A program made the position numbers and the translations under genes. Below the pieces are notes generated by a model that did no database searches, was not told the origin of the DNA, and saw only the letters and a list, made by a program, of their open reading frames with translations. From Methanobacteriota archaeon (lineage in GTDB: Archaea; Thermoplasmatota; Poseidoniia; Poseidoniales; Thalassarchaeaceae): a stretch of 64,000 nt of DNA. Of this stretch, positions 46,701 through 55,959 are shown piece after piece (positions within the stretch are counted from its first letter, which is position 1; each line of letters begins with the position of its first letter). The stretch covers positions 5,232 through 69,231 of the forward strand of contig PSPX01000003.1 in assembly GCA_004195715.1 (NCBI GenBank), given 5' to 3'.

Positions 46701-47512
46701 GAATTTCTTTGCAGAGATAGTTGGCCATCGTCGCCTATATTCAGGTAGTCACCATCCTCGAGTTGGATGATCGAATCGGGCAGATCAGGCATCCTAAAAC
46801 CCGCTTCCACTCCAGTGGCGCTCGCAAAGTTATGAGTCACTAAGACCAGCGCGTGAGGATGCCTCTGAGCGAATGTAATCGCATCCGATGGAGTATGGTG
46901 ATGGGGACTGTTCACGAAGTCTGGGATACCCATCTCGAGCAGCACGACATCGGCATTCTGGGCCCGCTGCTCGATGCCTTCGCAAGGACCCGAGTCTCCG
47001 CAGTGGAGGAACCTGAATCCACTTGAGTGAATGAACTCATAGCCATGCGGGTCGGTCTCCAGAGTGTGACTCACCGGAAACCTCTCAAAACTCCAGTCCG
47101 TTCCTGCCAGTTCACCCGACTCCGACTCCGACCAGTCGACCCCACTCTCTAGGACGCCATCGAGACTCCCTGGGAATCCCGTTCTGCACAAGTCACTGAG
47201 CAGTTCCCTGCCACCTGGCCTGAGGCAAACTCCCAACGCATTCTCAGATTTTGGGTCTGAGATGTACTTCCTCTCGAGCAGTATGAATGGGAAGCCGAAG
47301 ATGTGGTCGGCGTGCCAGTGGGTGATCAAGAGGTGCTTGAGATTAGCGGGCGAGATATCGACCCTTTGCAGTTGGACCAGCGCTGTTGGTGGCGCGTCTA
47401 CTAGCACGCTGCCGTCCAGCAGTGCCAGCGCATGCATCCTACCAGGCGGTGAGAAGGCATTCCCTGTGCCGAGGAAGTCGATACGCGCCACGAGCCGCGA
47501 TGAGGGCATCAT
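46697..47512 (-). CDS. MBL-fold metallo-hydrolase
   Basis: 271 aa. LLITHWHADHIFG (HxHxDH) and downstream His/Asp ligands. Confidence 0.65.
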   Translation of the reverse strand: MMPSSRLVARIDFLGTGNAFSPPGRMHALALLDGSVLVDAPPTALVQLQRVDISPANLKHLLITHWHADHIFGFPFILLERKYISDPKSENALGVCLRPGGRELLSDLCRTGFPGSLDGVLESGVDWSESESGELAGTDWSFERFPVSHTLETDPHGYEFIHSSGFRFLHCGDSGPCEGIEQRAQNADVVLLEMGIPDFVNSPHHHTPSDAITFAQRHPHALVLVTHNFASATGVEAGFRMPDLPDSIIQLEDGDYLNIGDDGQLSLQRNS

Positions 47513-47582
47513 GACTTGACCCCATCGCCTTACCTCTCTCGGCTCTCGCAGTACCCGTTCAGCATTTCTTCATAAACAGGTC

Positions 47583-48899
47583 GTGTCTCGCGGAGAGCGA
47601 GCATTCAGGAGGCTTGACGTGTCGGATTGGAGCGCAAAGAATCCATACTCTTCTAATCTGAATGAGAACTACGTTCTCAATGGTGAGGGATCACTCAAAG
47701 AGACCCGGCACATTGTATTCGATCTCGGCGACTCCGGTCTGCAGTACAAGGCCGGCGATGCACTTGGGGTGATTCCACGCTGTCCGCCTGAACTGGTTGA
47801 GGGGATTCTGACCACCTGTGGCTTCTCAGGTGAGGAAGAGGTCGAGACCCATCTAGGGGCTTGCAGTTTGCGCGAGGCGCTCACTGATCGATACGAGATT
47901 CACAGGATTTCGAAGAAGTGGATTAAGGGACTCGGATCAAGACTGTCGTCCGGTTCGGGCAGCATCGAGATCCGAATCGTCCATCGGCAGCGAACCTCGT
48001 CACAAGATGGTTCAGTAGTGATGGACTGGAGGGGGAGCGGAGTCGAGGATGACATTCCAGACGGCTATGTCGAAATCGGCTCAGCCAGAGATCCTGCCGA
48101 GGTACTCTGGGCTGAACTGACAGAGGACCCCAAGGCAATGGAGGACTACATCTGGTCGCGTGACTACATCGACGGTCTCGCAGACTTCGGGCACATCGGT
48201 TTCACTCCTCAGCAGCTCGTCGAGGACATGGACAGGCTCAAGCCAAGACTCTACTCTATTGCCAGCAGCCCCGACTTCGAGCCGGGCGCAATCCACCTCA
48301 CAGTCGCTATCGTCCGTTACAATCACCACGAGCGCGATCGGGCCGGGCTTTGCACCGGATTCATGGCGGACCGCTGCGAGATCGACGAAACCGAGATCGG
48401 CGTATTCATGTCTCCGACCCGGTCGTTCGTCCTGCCCGAGGATGGCTCAACAGACGTCATAATGGTAGGCCCGGGAACGGGAATCGCTCCATTCAGGGCC
48501 TTCCTGCAGCAGCGTGAGATCGACGGCGCAAGTGGGCGCAACTGGCTGTTCTTTGGCGACTGGACCGAAGAGGGAGAGTACCTGTATCGTGAAGAGATGG
48601 AGGCATGGAGGGATAGCGGATTCATCGATCGCCACGACCTAGCTTGGTCTCGTGCAGGCTCGGAGAAGGTCTACGTCCAGCATCTGATGAAGCAGAACGG
48701 TGAGCAGATTTGGAATTGGATTGACGGTGGCGGGTACTTCTACGTCTGCGGCGACAAGAACTACATGGCCAGAGACGTCCACACCACCCTCATTGAAATC
48801 TGTTCAGAGTTTGGTGGTATGTCAGAAGATGAGGCTAAGGAGTTCGTCGAGACCGGTCTGATGAAGACCGAGAAGCGATATCTCAGAGATGTCTACTGA
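47583..48899 (+). CDS. Diflavin-reductase-type FAD/NADPH-binding oxidoreductase (CysJ/CPR C-terminal module without FMN domain)
   Basis: 438 aa. RLYSIASSP (RxYS), GPGTGIAPFRAF, and C-terminal YVCGDKNYMARDVHTTL...RYLRDVY typical of sulfite reductase flavoprotein / CPR. No flavodoxin-like N-terminus. Confidence 0.7.
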   Translation: MSRGERAFRRLDVSDWSAKNPYSSNLNENYVLNGEGSLKETRHIVFDLGDSGLQYKAGDALGVIPRCPPELVEGILTTCGFSGEEEVETHLGACSLREALTDRYEIHRISKKWIKGLGSRLSSGSGSIEIRIVHRQRTSSQDGSVVMDWRGSGVEDDIPDGYVEIGSARDPAEVLWAELTEDPKAMEDYIWSRDYIDGLADFGHIGFTPQQLVEDMDRLKPRLYSIASSPDFEPGAIHLTVAIVRYNHHERDRAGLCTGFMADRCEIDETEIGVFMSPTRSFVLPEDGSTDVIMVGPGTGIAPFRAFLQQREIDGASGRNWLFFGDWTEEGEYLYREEMEAWRDSGFIDRHDLAWSRAGSEKVYVQHLMKQNGEQIWNWIDGGGYFYVCGDKNYMARDVHTTLIEICSEFGGMSEDEAKEFVETGLMKTEKRYLRDVY

Positions 48900-48949
48900 C
48901 CTCTAATGCTCCGCATTGCTCATACGGCGTACGCTAGGAGCGGTTCACC

Positions 48950-50293
48950 ATGTTCCGCCGAGTGCTCATCGCCAATCGCGGCGAAATCGCGCTTCGCATA
49001 CTCCGCTCTCTACGTTCACTGGGTGTCGAAGTCGTAGTCACTCACGGGCGCGACGACAGGCTGACACTCCCGGTCCGACTGGCCGATGAGGGTGTGTTCA
49101 TCGCACGCGATGATCCACTGGCTTCCTACCTCGACATCGAAGCCGTCGTCTCCGCTGCCAAGGAGGTCGGTGCAGATGCAGTGCATCCCGGATACGGGTT
49201 CTTAGCCGAGAATTCTACTCTAGCCGAGAGGCTAGCCGAGGAGGGTATAGCCTTCATCGGACCAAGCCCCGAGGTTCTCAGACTTCTTGGAGACAAGCTA
49301 TCCGCCAGAGATGCGATGGTGAGGGCAGGCCTGCCCGTCGCCCAAGGCTCTGGTAAGCCGATTTCGAACGAGAGGGAAGCTTGGGCCATGGCTGAAGACA
49401 TCGGCTATCCAGTGATGCTCAAGGCGGCGGCCGGCGGCGGAGGGATAGGCATGCAGATTGTAGAGTCTGCTGACGACTTCGAAACTGCACTGAGGCTGTG
49501 CCAAGGTCGCGCACTGTCGGCTTTCGGGGATGATAGGGTGTTCGTGGAGAAATACATCGAAGGGGCCCAGCACATCGAATTTCAAGTGCTTGGCGATGGT
49601 TCCAAGGCTATTCACTTCGGCGAGAGGTTTTGCTCCATCCAACGGAGGCATCAGAAAATCATCGAGGAGGGTCCTTGGCTATCTGAAGAAGTACGTGAGG
49701 AACTCGGCGCCAAGGTGGTAGCCGGTGCCGAGGCGGTGGGCTACAAGGGGTTAGCCACCTTTGAGTTCCTGCGAGATGCCGACGGTGAGTTCTACTTCCT
49801 CGAGGTGAATCCGAGGGTGCAGGTCGAGCACACGGTCACAGAGATGATAGCCGGTGTCGACCTAGTTTCTCTTGGCATCAGAGTAGCGGCAGGAGAGTCA
49901 CTCCCCATCACACAATCCGAGGTCAGTATCTCCGGCCATGCCATCCAGACTAGGATAAACGCGGAGAACCCGTTCACTCTCGAACCTTCACCCGGACGCA
50001 TTTGGGAGTGCCACTGGCCAGGCGGTCCAGGCGTGCGCGTAGATACGCATGCGCACACGGGGTATGACATGCCACCCTCCTTCGACTCCTTGTTGGCCAA
50101 GGTGATCGTATGGGCACCCACCCGCAGCGAAGCCATAGCCAAGATGGATTCGGCCTTGAAAGAGACACTAATCATTGGGGTTGACACCCTGATACCGCTT
50201 CACCGCGCAATCCTCAATGAGACCGATTTCCGAAATAGAGAAATCACAATCAGTTACCTCGACGAGCACCCGGGACTGTTGGATGGAGCGTGA
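48950..50293 (+). CDS. accC: Biotin carboxylase (ATP-grasp) subunit
   Basis: 447 aa. RVLIANRGEIALRI, ATP-grasp glycine-rich loop, biotin carboxylase C-terminal domain. No fused BCCP or carboxyltransferase, and none adjacent. Confidence 0.85.
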   Translation: MFRRVLIANRGEIALRILRSLRSLGVEVVVTHGRDDRLTLPVRLADEGVFIARDDPLASYLDIEAVVSAAKEVGADAVHPGYGFLAENSTLAERLAEEGIAFIGPSPEVLRLLGDKLSARDAMVRAGLPVAQGSGKPISNEREAWAMAEDIGYPVMLKAAAGGGGIGMQIVESADDFETALRLCQGRALSAFGDDRVFVEKYIEGAQHIEFQVLGDGSKAIHFGERFCSIQRRHQKIIEEGPWLSEEVREELGAKVVAGAEAVGYKGLATFEFLRDADGEFYFLEVNPRVQVEHTVTEMIAGVDLVSLGIRVAAGESLPITQSEVSISGHAIQTRINAENPFTLEPSPGRIWECHWPGGPGVRVDTHAHTGYDMPPSFDSLLAKVIVWAPTRSEAIAKMDSALKETLIIGVDTLIPLHRAILNETDFRNREITISYLDEHPGLLDGA

Positions 50294-51260
50294 TTACGTG
50301 GAGATGGTGATTGTCGGAAGCATCGGTTTCGATGACATTGACACCCCCGAGGCGAGTGGCTCCGACCTTCTCGGAGGTGCCGCTACCTACGCCGGTCTAG
50401 CTTCGGGATTCCACCTGCCTCCGACGCCGCGCAAGCCACCAAGAATCGGACTGGTCAGCGCGGTCGGCACTGACTTCCCAGAGGAAGCTCAAGAGATACT
50501 TGAGGACTCAGGACTAAACCTCGCAGGAGTGGTCCGAAGAGATGGACGCACGTTCCGTTGGGCGGGACGTTACGAGGGTTCTATGGAAGAGGTGCAGACC
50601 ATATCGACAGAGGTCAACGTGCTCGAGGATTTTAGCCCCGAGATCCCGCCGTCGTGGCGCACCCCCGGGGTTCTGCTCTGTGCCAACACGCACCCACGCA
50701 CTCAGGTTTTGGTACTCGATCAGTGCCCGGGTGCGGGGGTAACCGCCCTGGATACGTTCATGCTTTGGATAGACACAGAGTTTGAGTTGCTGTCGGAAGC
50801 CCTGCGCAAGGTGGACATGGCCATCCTCAACGAAGAGGAGGTGTGCTCTCTAGCCGATGAGGAGGTGCTTCACCGTGCAGTCGAGGCGATTCGCTCGGGC
50901 GCGGCGCTTTATGGAGGACAGGAGGCCGGCCCCGGGCCTCGGAGCATGGTCATCAAGCGTGGTGGCAGCGGCTCAGTAGCCTACCTGCCATGCGGTACTA
51001 TCACCCTGCCCGCCTTTCCAACTGACGATCTAGTCGACCCTACAGGTGCCGGCGACTCGTTTGCTGGGGCCCTGCTAGCCAACATAGTCGGCAGGAAGGG
51101 CGCCTTGAACCAGGCAGAGACCATGCGTAACGCGCTAGTACACGCGACAGTGACTGCGTCTTTCGCCATAGAGGGACTCGGCGCCTCTGCCCTGTACGGT
51201 CTTGAGAGAGGAAGGTACCACGCGAGGGTGGACAAATACCGGAGAATGGTCGGGCTGTAA
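50283..51260 (+). CDS. PfkB-family carbohydrate/nucleoside kinase
   Basis: The ORF runs from 50217; plausible starts are ATG 50283 or 50304. DPTGAGDSFAGALLA (GAGD anion hole) and N-terminal GG motif region. Confidence 0.75.
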   Translation: MERDYVEMVIVGSIGFDDIDTPEASGSDLLGGAATYAGLASGFHLPPTPRKPPRIGLVSAVGTDFPEEAQEILEDSGLNLAGVVRRDGRTFRWAGRYEGSMEEVQTISTEVNVLEDFSPEIPPSWRTPGVLLCANTHPRTQVLVLDQCPGAGVTALDTFMLWIDTEFELLSEALRKVDMAILNEEEVCSLADEEVLHRAVEAIRSGAALYGGQEAGPGPRSMVIKRGGSGSVAYLPCGTITLPAFPTDDLVDPTGAGDSFAGALLANIVGRKGALNQAETMRNALVHATVTASFAIEGLGASALYGLERGRYHARVDKYRRMVGL

Positions 51261-52949
51261 TCACTCGAGCCGCTTGATTCCGGGAAGCGGGTGCGGGTCG
51301 CCCTTGGATGACGTTCTCCTGAGTTGCGAGAACCTGAGTCCACCTTCCTGATTAGGAAGTTGGGTGGGCCTGCTCTCACCTCCGCTCGATACTCTGTTCA
51401 CGAGATGGTCCAATGCGTCCTGTGCTGAATGAGGGTGGGGCGCCCGCGACTCTCTCGCTCTACCAGCCACATCCGCCTGGTGATCTTGGTCACTGCGAAG
51501 ACGGATGTGCTGTGAGGATTGGAACCTAGCTCCCGACTGTACTTCCCCTCCATCTCCATCTCCGTACTCAGAAGCGTAAGAGTCGGTGGTTCTGTCAACC
51601 GCCCGAGCCGCCGGACCTAGTAGGGCACCAATCCAACTGGTTCGTCTGAGGGGTGTCTTCCTACTACTGGTTTTGACCCTGCCCGAACTCATCGAGTTGG
51701 CGATTCTGGATAGCCCCGGGAATTCCTCGAGACTCGAGGCATCGAGCGCAGGCTGGGACATCTCGCCGCTAGTCAGCAGCGCCTGCTTGGCTCGTGCCTG
51801 CTTGACGACACCGGGTCGACATTCCTCCCGTATCGCTGCCTCAGTGGGGGCCGGCAGACCGGGCCCGGCGTAGGGGCCTGAGGTCCCGAACCTATCTTGA
51901 GCCCGTCTAATCAACTGCGAGCTGGTCGGATCTCGTTTGAAAGCAGGAGGGTCTGTAGCGTTGATGTAGGTCTCAGAAGGAGCGTAACTTGCCGCAGGTG
52001 TGGCGAACTCAGAGGGAGGAGGAGTCGTGGGCGGCGAGTAACTGGTCGCAGGTTCAGCATCGAACATACCGCCCTCACTGAACATGCCCATTCCGGTAGC
52101 AGCCTCATCCAGCGCCGAGTCTATCCTGCTGCCAGCCGGCTTCTCTTCGTACCACGATGGGGACTCATTCTTCCCCCAAGCCCTCTCATAAGCCGAGCGA
52201 ACATCCTCCTGAGGAGAGGGGGGCGGCTCGTAACTTGGAAACGATTCTGTAGGAATCTTGCCTTCCCACGGGAAGATCGACTCAGCCTCAGCCATCGCAG
52301 GTGCTGGGGGAGTAGGTGACGGTGGGGCGGCGAAGCCGTCGAACAACGACTCTCCTACCGACTCTGACTCAGCACCGAGCAGCAACTCTTCCTCTGGTGC
52401 GACCAGCAGGCCCTTTGGTTCTGACAGTCCGCCTCCGGCGTCTCTGAAAGCGGGGTAGTTCGACAGTTCCGCATCGATGTGCTCAAGCCCCCTGCGGGCT
52501 TCATCTATCGAATTACCGTGGCGGACTCTATCGACCATCAGACACAACCTGAGCAGTATTCCTTCGCTGCCAGATATGATATGTCGGTCCCCAGCCTCTG
52601 TCTCGATAGCAAGGACCGAGGTCCTAGATAGCACGTATCCTAGTAGTGTCAGAGATCCTCCCGCCAGCGCCACCATGGCGTAAGGAGGCATCAGAACGTT
52701 CATGCCGAGATAGATTGCCAACAGCCCAATGGGAACGGCTCCCGAGGGAAACATCGGGACTTTCATGTGTCGCATTCTTGATATCGAACCCAGAGATAGT
52801 CGGATGCCATGTCCATCAAATCTCTCCAGCGTTAGCTGACGCTTAGTGAGGACCGCTACGAACCTACCTCCAGACCCGACCAGACTCAGATTGCCGAACA
52901 GTTCCGACTTCTCCTCATCTCGGTCGGGCGTTAGCCCGACTGAATACAT
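51261..52949 (-). CDS. Hypothetical membrane protein with long disordered Pro/Ser/Ala-rich C-terminal region
   Basis: 562 aa. N-terminal ~60-aa soluble segment, 2-3 TM helices, then a ~400-aa low-complexity tail (PPSPTPPAPA, SPPTTPPPSEF). Confidence 0.4.
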   Translation of the reverse strand: MYSVGLTPDRDEEKSELFGNLSLVGSGGRFVAVLTKRQLTLERFDGHGIRLSLGSISRMRHMKVPMFPSGAVPIGLLAIYLGMNVLMPPYAMVALAGGSLTLLGYVLSRTSVLAIETEAGDRHIISGSEGILLRLCLMVDRVRHGNSIDEARRGLEHIDAELSNYPAFRDAGGGLSEPKGLLVAPEEELLLGAESESVGESLFDGFAAPPSPTPPAPAMAEAESIFPWEGKIPTESFPSYEPPPSPQEDVRSAYERAWGKNESPSWYEEKPAGSRIDSALDEAATGMGMFSEGGMFDAEPATSYSPPTTPPPSEFATPAASYAPSETYINATDPPAFKRDPTSSQLIRRAQDRFGTSGPYAGPGLPAPTEAAIREECRPGVVKQARAKQALLTSGEMSQPALDASSLEEFPGLSRIANSMSSGRVKTSSRKTPLRRTSWIGALLGPAARAVDRTTDSYASEYGDGDGGEVQSGARFQSSQHIRLRSDQDHQADVAGRARESRAPHPHSAQDALDHLVNRVSSGGESRPTQLPNQEGGLRFSQLRRTSSKGDPHPLPGIKRLE

Positions 52950-53031
52950 CCCAATGCGTCAGCAACTCCGATTGGCTATAACTGCTCGGGGTGCTGAGTA
53001 CTCGCGCGCGCCCCTTACGCGCACGAGAGAC

Positions 53032-54018
53032 TCATGCCAAGGTCATTTCTGAGGCTATACCCATGATGCGCATCGGCACAGCATCGAGATGAACTATCAA
53101 AATGGGTTCAGTACCACGTTTTCTCAGTAAAAGAGGGGTCTCCCAATCAATCAATACAAAGTCTTCCTTAACCTCTCTGACTCTTCCGACATTGAACTGT
53201 AGGTTGACGGCAGCGTGGACTACATCGTCCAGTGATAATCCTCGCTTCTGAAACGGGGCCTCGATTAATCTGAAACGGGACGATTCATGACTTTCAATGG
53301 CATCCGAATCTTGGTGTACTATCATGCAGCCCTTGTGTAGCGACTCTTCCTTGAGATTCCGCAATGCTAGGCCGACCCTGTCACCAGTAACCGCAGTGTC
53401 CACATCATCGTCCATCACTTGTAGACTTCTGACTATGCCGAAATCTCCTGCGGGATGAGATTCGATAGCATCGTGCTTGTTGACTGAACCGGACTGTACA
53501 TATCCAATGCCCACCAGCCCTATTCCTCGAACGACGAAGTGCTGATCGATAGGAATCACCAGTGCCTCTGAAACCGAGTTTTTCTCAACGCTCAAGAATT
53601 TGAGTAAAGTCTCTCTGAGATCGTGAGAATCAGGAGTCCCTTCCAAGACGGTCCAAGGCAAACCCGCTTGAGATAAAATCACCCTGACCTGGTCTGGATC
53701 CACCCAACCACCGTCTTCTGGATTGATGACTACTATCCCATCTGTGATGCCTGCGCATCCGAAGGATACCAAAACCTCCCCAAGAGCAGCATCCACTTTA
53801 GTAATCTCGACTAATCCCGCCTTGGCGACATTCAACACCGATAACAACGGGCGGATACTATCGGGGAACTTGAGAGGACGGAGCAATGAGATGATGCGAG
53901 TTTCACCACCAGACATCTCCTTGTACACGTACGACTCGATATCACGAACGTCTCCAAGCTTAGCGATACTTCGAGCCAATTCTTTCGAACCTACGTATCC
54001 AACGTTGAGGACAGGCAT
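53032..54018 (-). CDS. EF-Tu/EF1A-like protein with degenerate GTPase motifs (SelB-like pseudo-GTPase)
   Basis: Domain 2 beta-barrel VIPIDQHFVVRGIGLVGIGYVQSGSVNKHD...GDRVGLALRN is strongly EF-Tu-like, and a domain 3-like C-terminus follows. The N-terminal domain has NVGYVGSKELARSIAKLG instead of GHVDHGKST, and other G motifs are degenerate. Likely start at Met35 (complement ATG 54018). Confidence 0.55.
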   Translation of the reverse strand: MPVLNVGYVGSKELARSIAKLGDVRDIESYVYKEMSGGETRIISLLRPLKFPDSIRPLLSVLNVAKAGLVEITKVDAALGEVLVSFGCAGITDGIVVINPEDGGWVDPDQVRVILSQAGLPWTVLEGTPDSHDLRETLLKFLSVEKNSVSEALVIPIDQHFVVRGIGLVGIGYVQSGSVNKHDAIESHPAGDFGIVRSLQVMDDDVDTAVTGDRVGLALRNLKEESLHKGCMIVHQDSDAIESHESSRFRLIEAPFQKRGLSLDDVVHAAVNLQFNVGRVREVKEDFVLIDWETPLLLRKRGTEPILIVHLDAVPMRIMGIASEMTLA

Positions 54019-54064
54019 GCGCCCGCGAATGGTCTGAACTTGTTGAACCGAACGGTCGCGAACA

Positions 54065-54541
54065 TCATCCCATGGCGTCGCGGGCGGCTTGAGCCCTAGT
54101 CCAGAGCTCTTTCTCCTCATTGGTCACAGGTGAGAACTGGGGAACCCCGGTCGGCCGCATATCTGAGTCGACCGCCACCATGAAGAAGAAACCCGAGCAG
54201 ATCTCCTCTCCCTCCCACTCCGAGCGTGACAGCCTGCACGATACCACGTGGACCCCAGTGGTGTGAGGAGAGGTCCAGACCACTCTGGAGGTGGTGCGGA
54301 TGATGTCCCCTTGGTAAGCCGGTCTGCGGAACTTGAGGGAGTCGACGGAGACGGTTACGAATTCACTGTGTGCGAACTTGCTTGAGACCATCCCGGCTGC
54401 GGTGTCCATGATTGACATCAGACGCCCTCCATACAGCGTATCCATCGAGTTGGTGTGCTCCGGGAAGACCTCATTCAGCAGCACGACGGGCTCGAGAGAG
54501 TGGGGTTCGGACATCTTTCTCATCCGCTCTCGAGAGCCCAC
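54065..54541 (-). CDS. Acyl-CoA thioesterase (hotdog fold, YciA/BFIT-like)
   Basis: 158 aa. GGRLMSIMDTAAGMVSSKF...VTVSVDSLKFRRPAYQGDII...FFFMVAVDSDMRPTGVPQ. Confidence 0.75.
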   Translation of the reverse strand: MGSRERMRKMSEPHSLEPVVLLNEVFPEHTNSMDTLYGGRLMSIMDTAAGMVSSKFAHSEFVTVSVDSLKFRRPAYQGDIIRTTSRVVWTSPHTTGVHVVSCRLSRSEWEGEEICSGFFFMVAVDSDMRPTGVPQFSPVTNEEKELWTRAQAARDAMG

Positions 54542-54720
54542 CCCCCTTCAATCCTACATTTCAGCAATCTTCTCCGAATCGGTTCTTCGACCGTTGTCTT
54601 CAATCGAGGGAGGCCGCTCGCAGAGCCGTGGAAGTGCCCCAGCTACGTTGGAATCCAACCGCCCTAGACGACCCAGACGGCGGACGCATAGTTCTGTGGC
54701 CGCACCTACCGTGCGTCCGC

Positions 54721-55428
54721 ATGCCGTCTTCACTGAGGTACAGGGACGCGTGGGACGGGCTCGCACTTTTGTTCAGTCCGAGCGATCTCAGTGGATGGCG
54801 GCAGGACGAGGAGCAGGACAGAGAGAGTCCTGGCGTACACATCGAGGCGGCCATCACTTCGGGCACTGTGCTCGGTCGGTTGATGAAAGACCTGCAAGAA
54901 TACGAGGTCGACGGACCGAAGATTCCCGACCCGGAACAGGTCCGGCTGTTGCTGCACGCCGACAACGCGAGGGGTGGGATGCCAATCTACGCAATCGAAC
55001 CGGAACTGGATGATGCCGATTGGGTAAATTGGTTCGAAAGGAGTGCTGATGAGCAGTCACGGGTAACCAATCTTCTCTCAACTTTGACCACTCCACGACG
55101 CTGGCGCAAGACTCGTTCTGCGGCTGTAGCGATGGTTGAGATGTCGAAAGGTGTGAACTCGCATATGGGCGCAGCAGCAGCATCTTGTGCGACTTGGTGG
55201 ATCGAAGAGCAGGGAGCGCTGACTACCGAACTGATATCCGAGCGCAACAGCCGCTTTGCGGCTCGTTTGCGCGGCGCCCTCGCAAATTTGAGGGACAGCA
55301 GGGTTGATGATGCGAAGGCATCTGACTGCACCTTACTGGTACCGGTCCACCAAGCCTGGTTGCCCTCCTTGGAGGCAGCAGTCAGAGCATGGCCGGACGC
55401 AGAACCGGTTAGCAAGGAGGAGCGATGA
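54721..55428 (+). CDS. Hypothetical protein
   Basis: The ORF-track entry (54412..) overlaps the thioesterase by 130 nt. An internal ATG at 54721 gives ~236 aa. No family assignment. Confidence 0.3.
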   Translation: MPSSLRYRDAWDGLALLFSPSDLSGWRQDEEQDRESPGVHIEAAITSGTVLGRLMKDLQEYEVDGPKIPDPEQVRLLLHADNARGGMPIYAIEPELDDADWVNWFERSADEQSRVTNLLSTLTTPRRWRKTRSAAVAMVEMSKGVNSHMGAAAASCATWWIEEQGALTTELISERNSRFAARLRGALANLRDSRVDDAKASDCTLLVPVHQAWLPSLEAAVRAWPDAEPVSKEER

Positions 55429-55955
55429 TGGAGGAAGGGAGGATAGTGGTCGGCATTGAGACCCAGACCTTCAGGTTCACGCCTTCTTCACCGATTAATC
55501 ATCACGATGCAGTGTCCCTAGCCGGTGGAACGGTGAGCGGCCCCTATGTCGTGGTCAGTCACGAGCAGCCTCGTGCCACCTTCGTCATCGAGCCCGACGG
55601 CTCTGTACTTGTGCATGGCATCGCAAGGACCGAAGTCGCAAGGATCGCAATGCAGGAGCTATTGTTGACCCTTGGAATGTCGGAGGAGAATCTGACAATA
55701 GAGATGGGAGGGATGCTAATCAGATTCTCAATTGGTAGGGCGGTGATGTTGAATCTCGCCGCAGATAGATTCGCTGATATCGAGTTCGATGACAGACTAG
55801 GAGCCCTGAGAATCAACGCCGCTCTACACAACGCACAGATCCTGATGTTCAACAACGGCCACGGTGTCGTACTGGGCCAGTCCTCGAAGAAGATAGCCGA
55901 GATGGCCGTGCGTCACTGGGCCGGCCTTCTCGATGAAGAGGGAGCCCTAGCGTGA
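55425..55955 (+). CDS. Divergent TBP-fold protein with two internal repeats (TBP-like)
   Basis: 176 aa. The two halves align to each other and to the two TBP repeats: PRATFVIEPDGSVLVHGIARTEVARIAMQELLLTLG vs TBP [20 protein letters not shown]...; IRFSIGR...ILMFNNGHGVVLGQSSKKIAEMAVRHWAGLL vs TBP DIGRE...[27 protein letters not shown]. Identity to canonical archaeal TBP is low. Confidence 0.45.
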   Translation: MMEEGRIVVGIETQTFRFTPSSPINHHDAVSLAGGTVSGPYVVVSHEQPRATFVIEPDGSVLVHGIARTEVARIAMQELLLTLGMSEENLTIEMGGMLIRFSIGRAVMLNLAADRFADIEFDDRLGALRINAALHNAQILMFNNGHGVVLGQSSKKIAEMAVRHWAGLLDEEGALA

Positions 55956-55959
55956 GACC

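Noticed and set aside
54412-54720. Upstream part of the 338-aa ORF 54412..55428
   Set aside because: It would overlap the convergently... actually divergently encoded thioesterase gene (54065..54541, minus) by 130 nt, and its sequence is low-complexity. The gene, if real, more likely starts at the internal ATG 54721.
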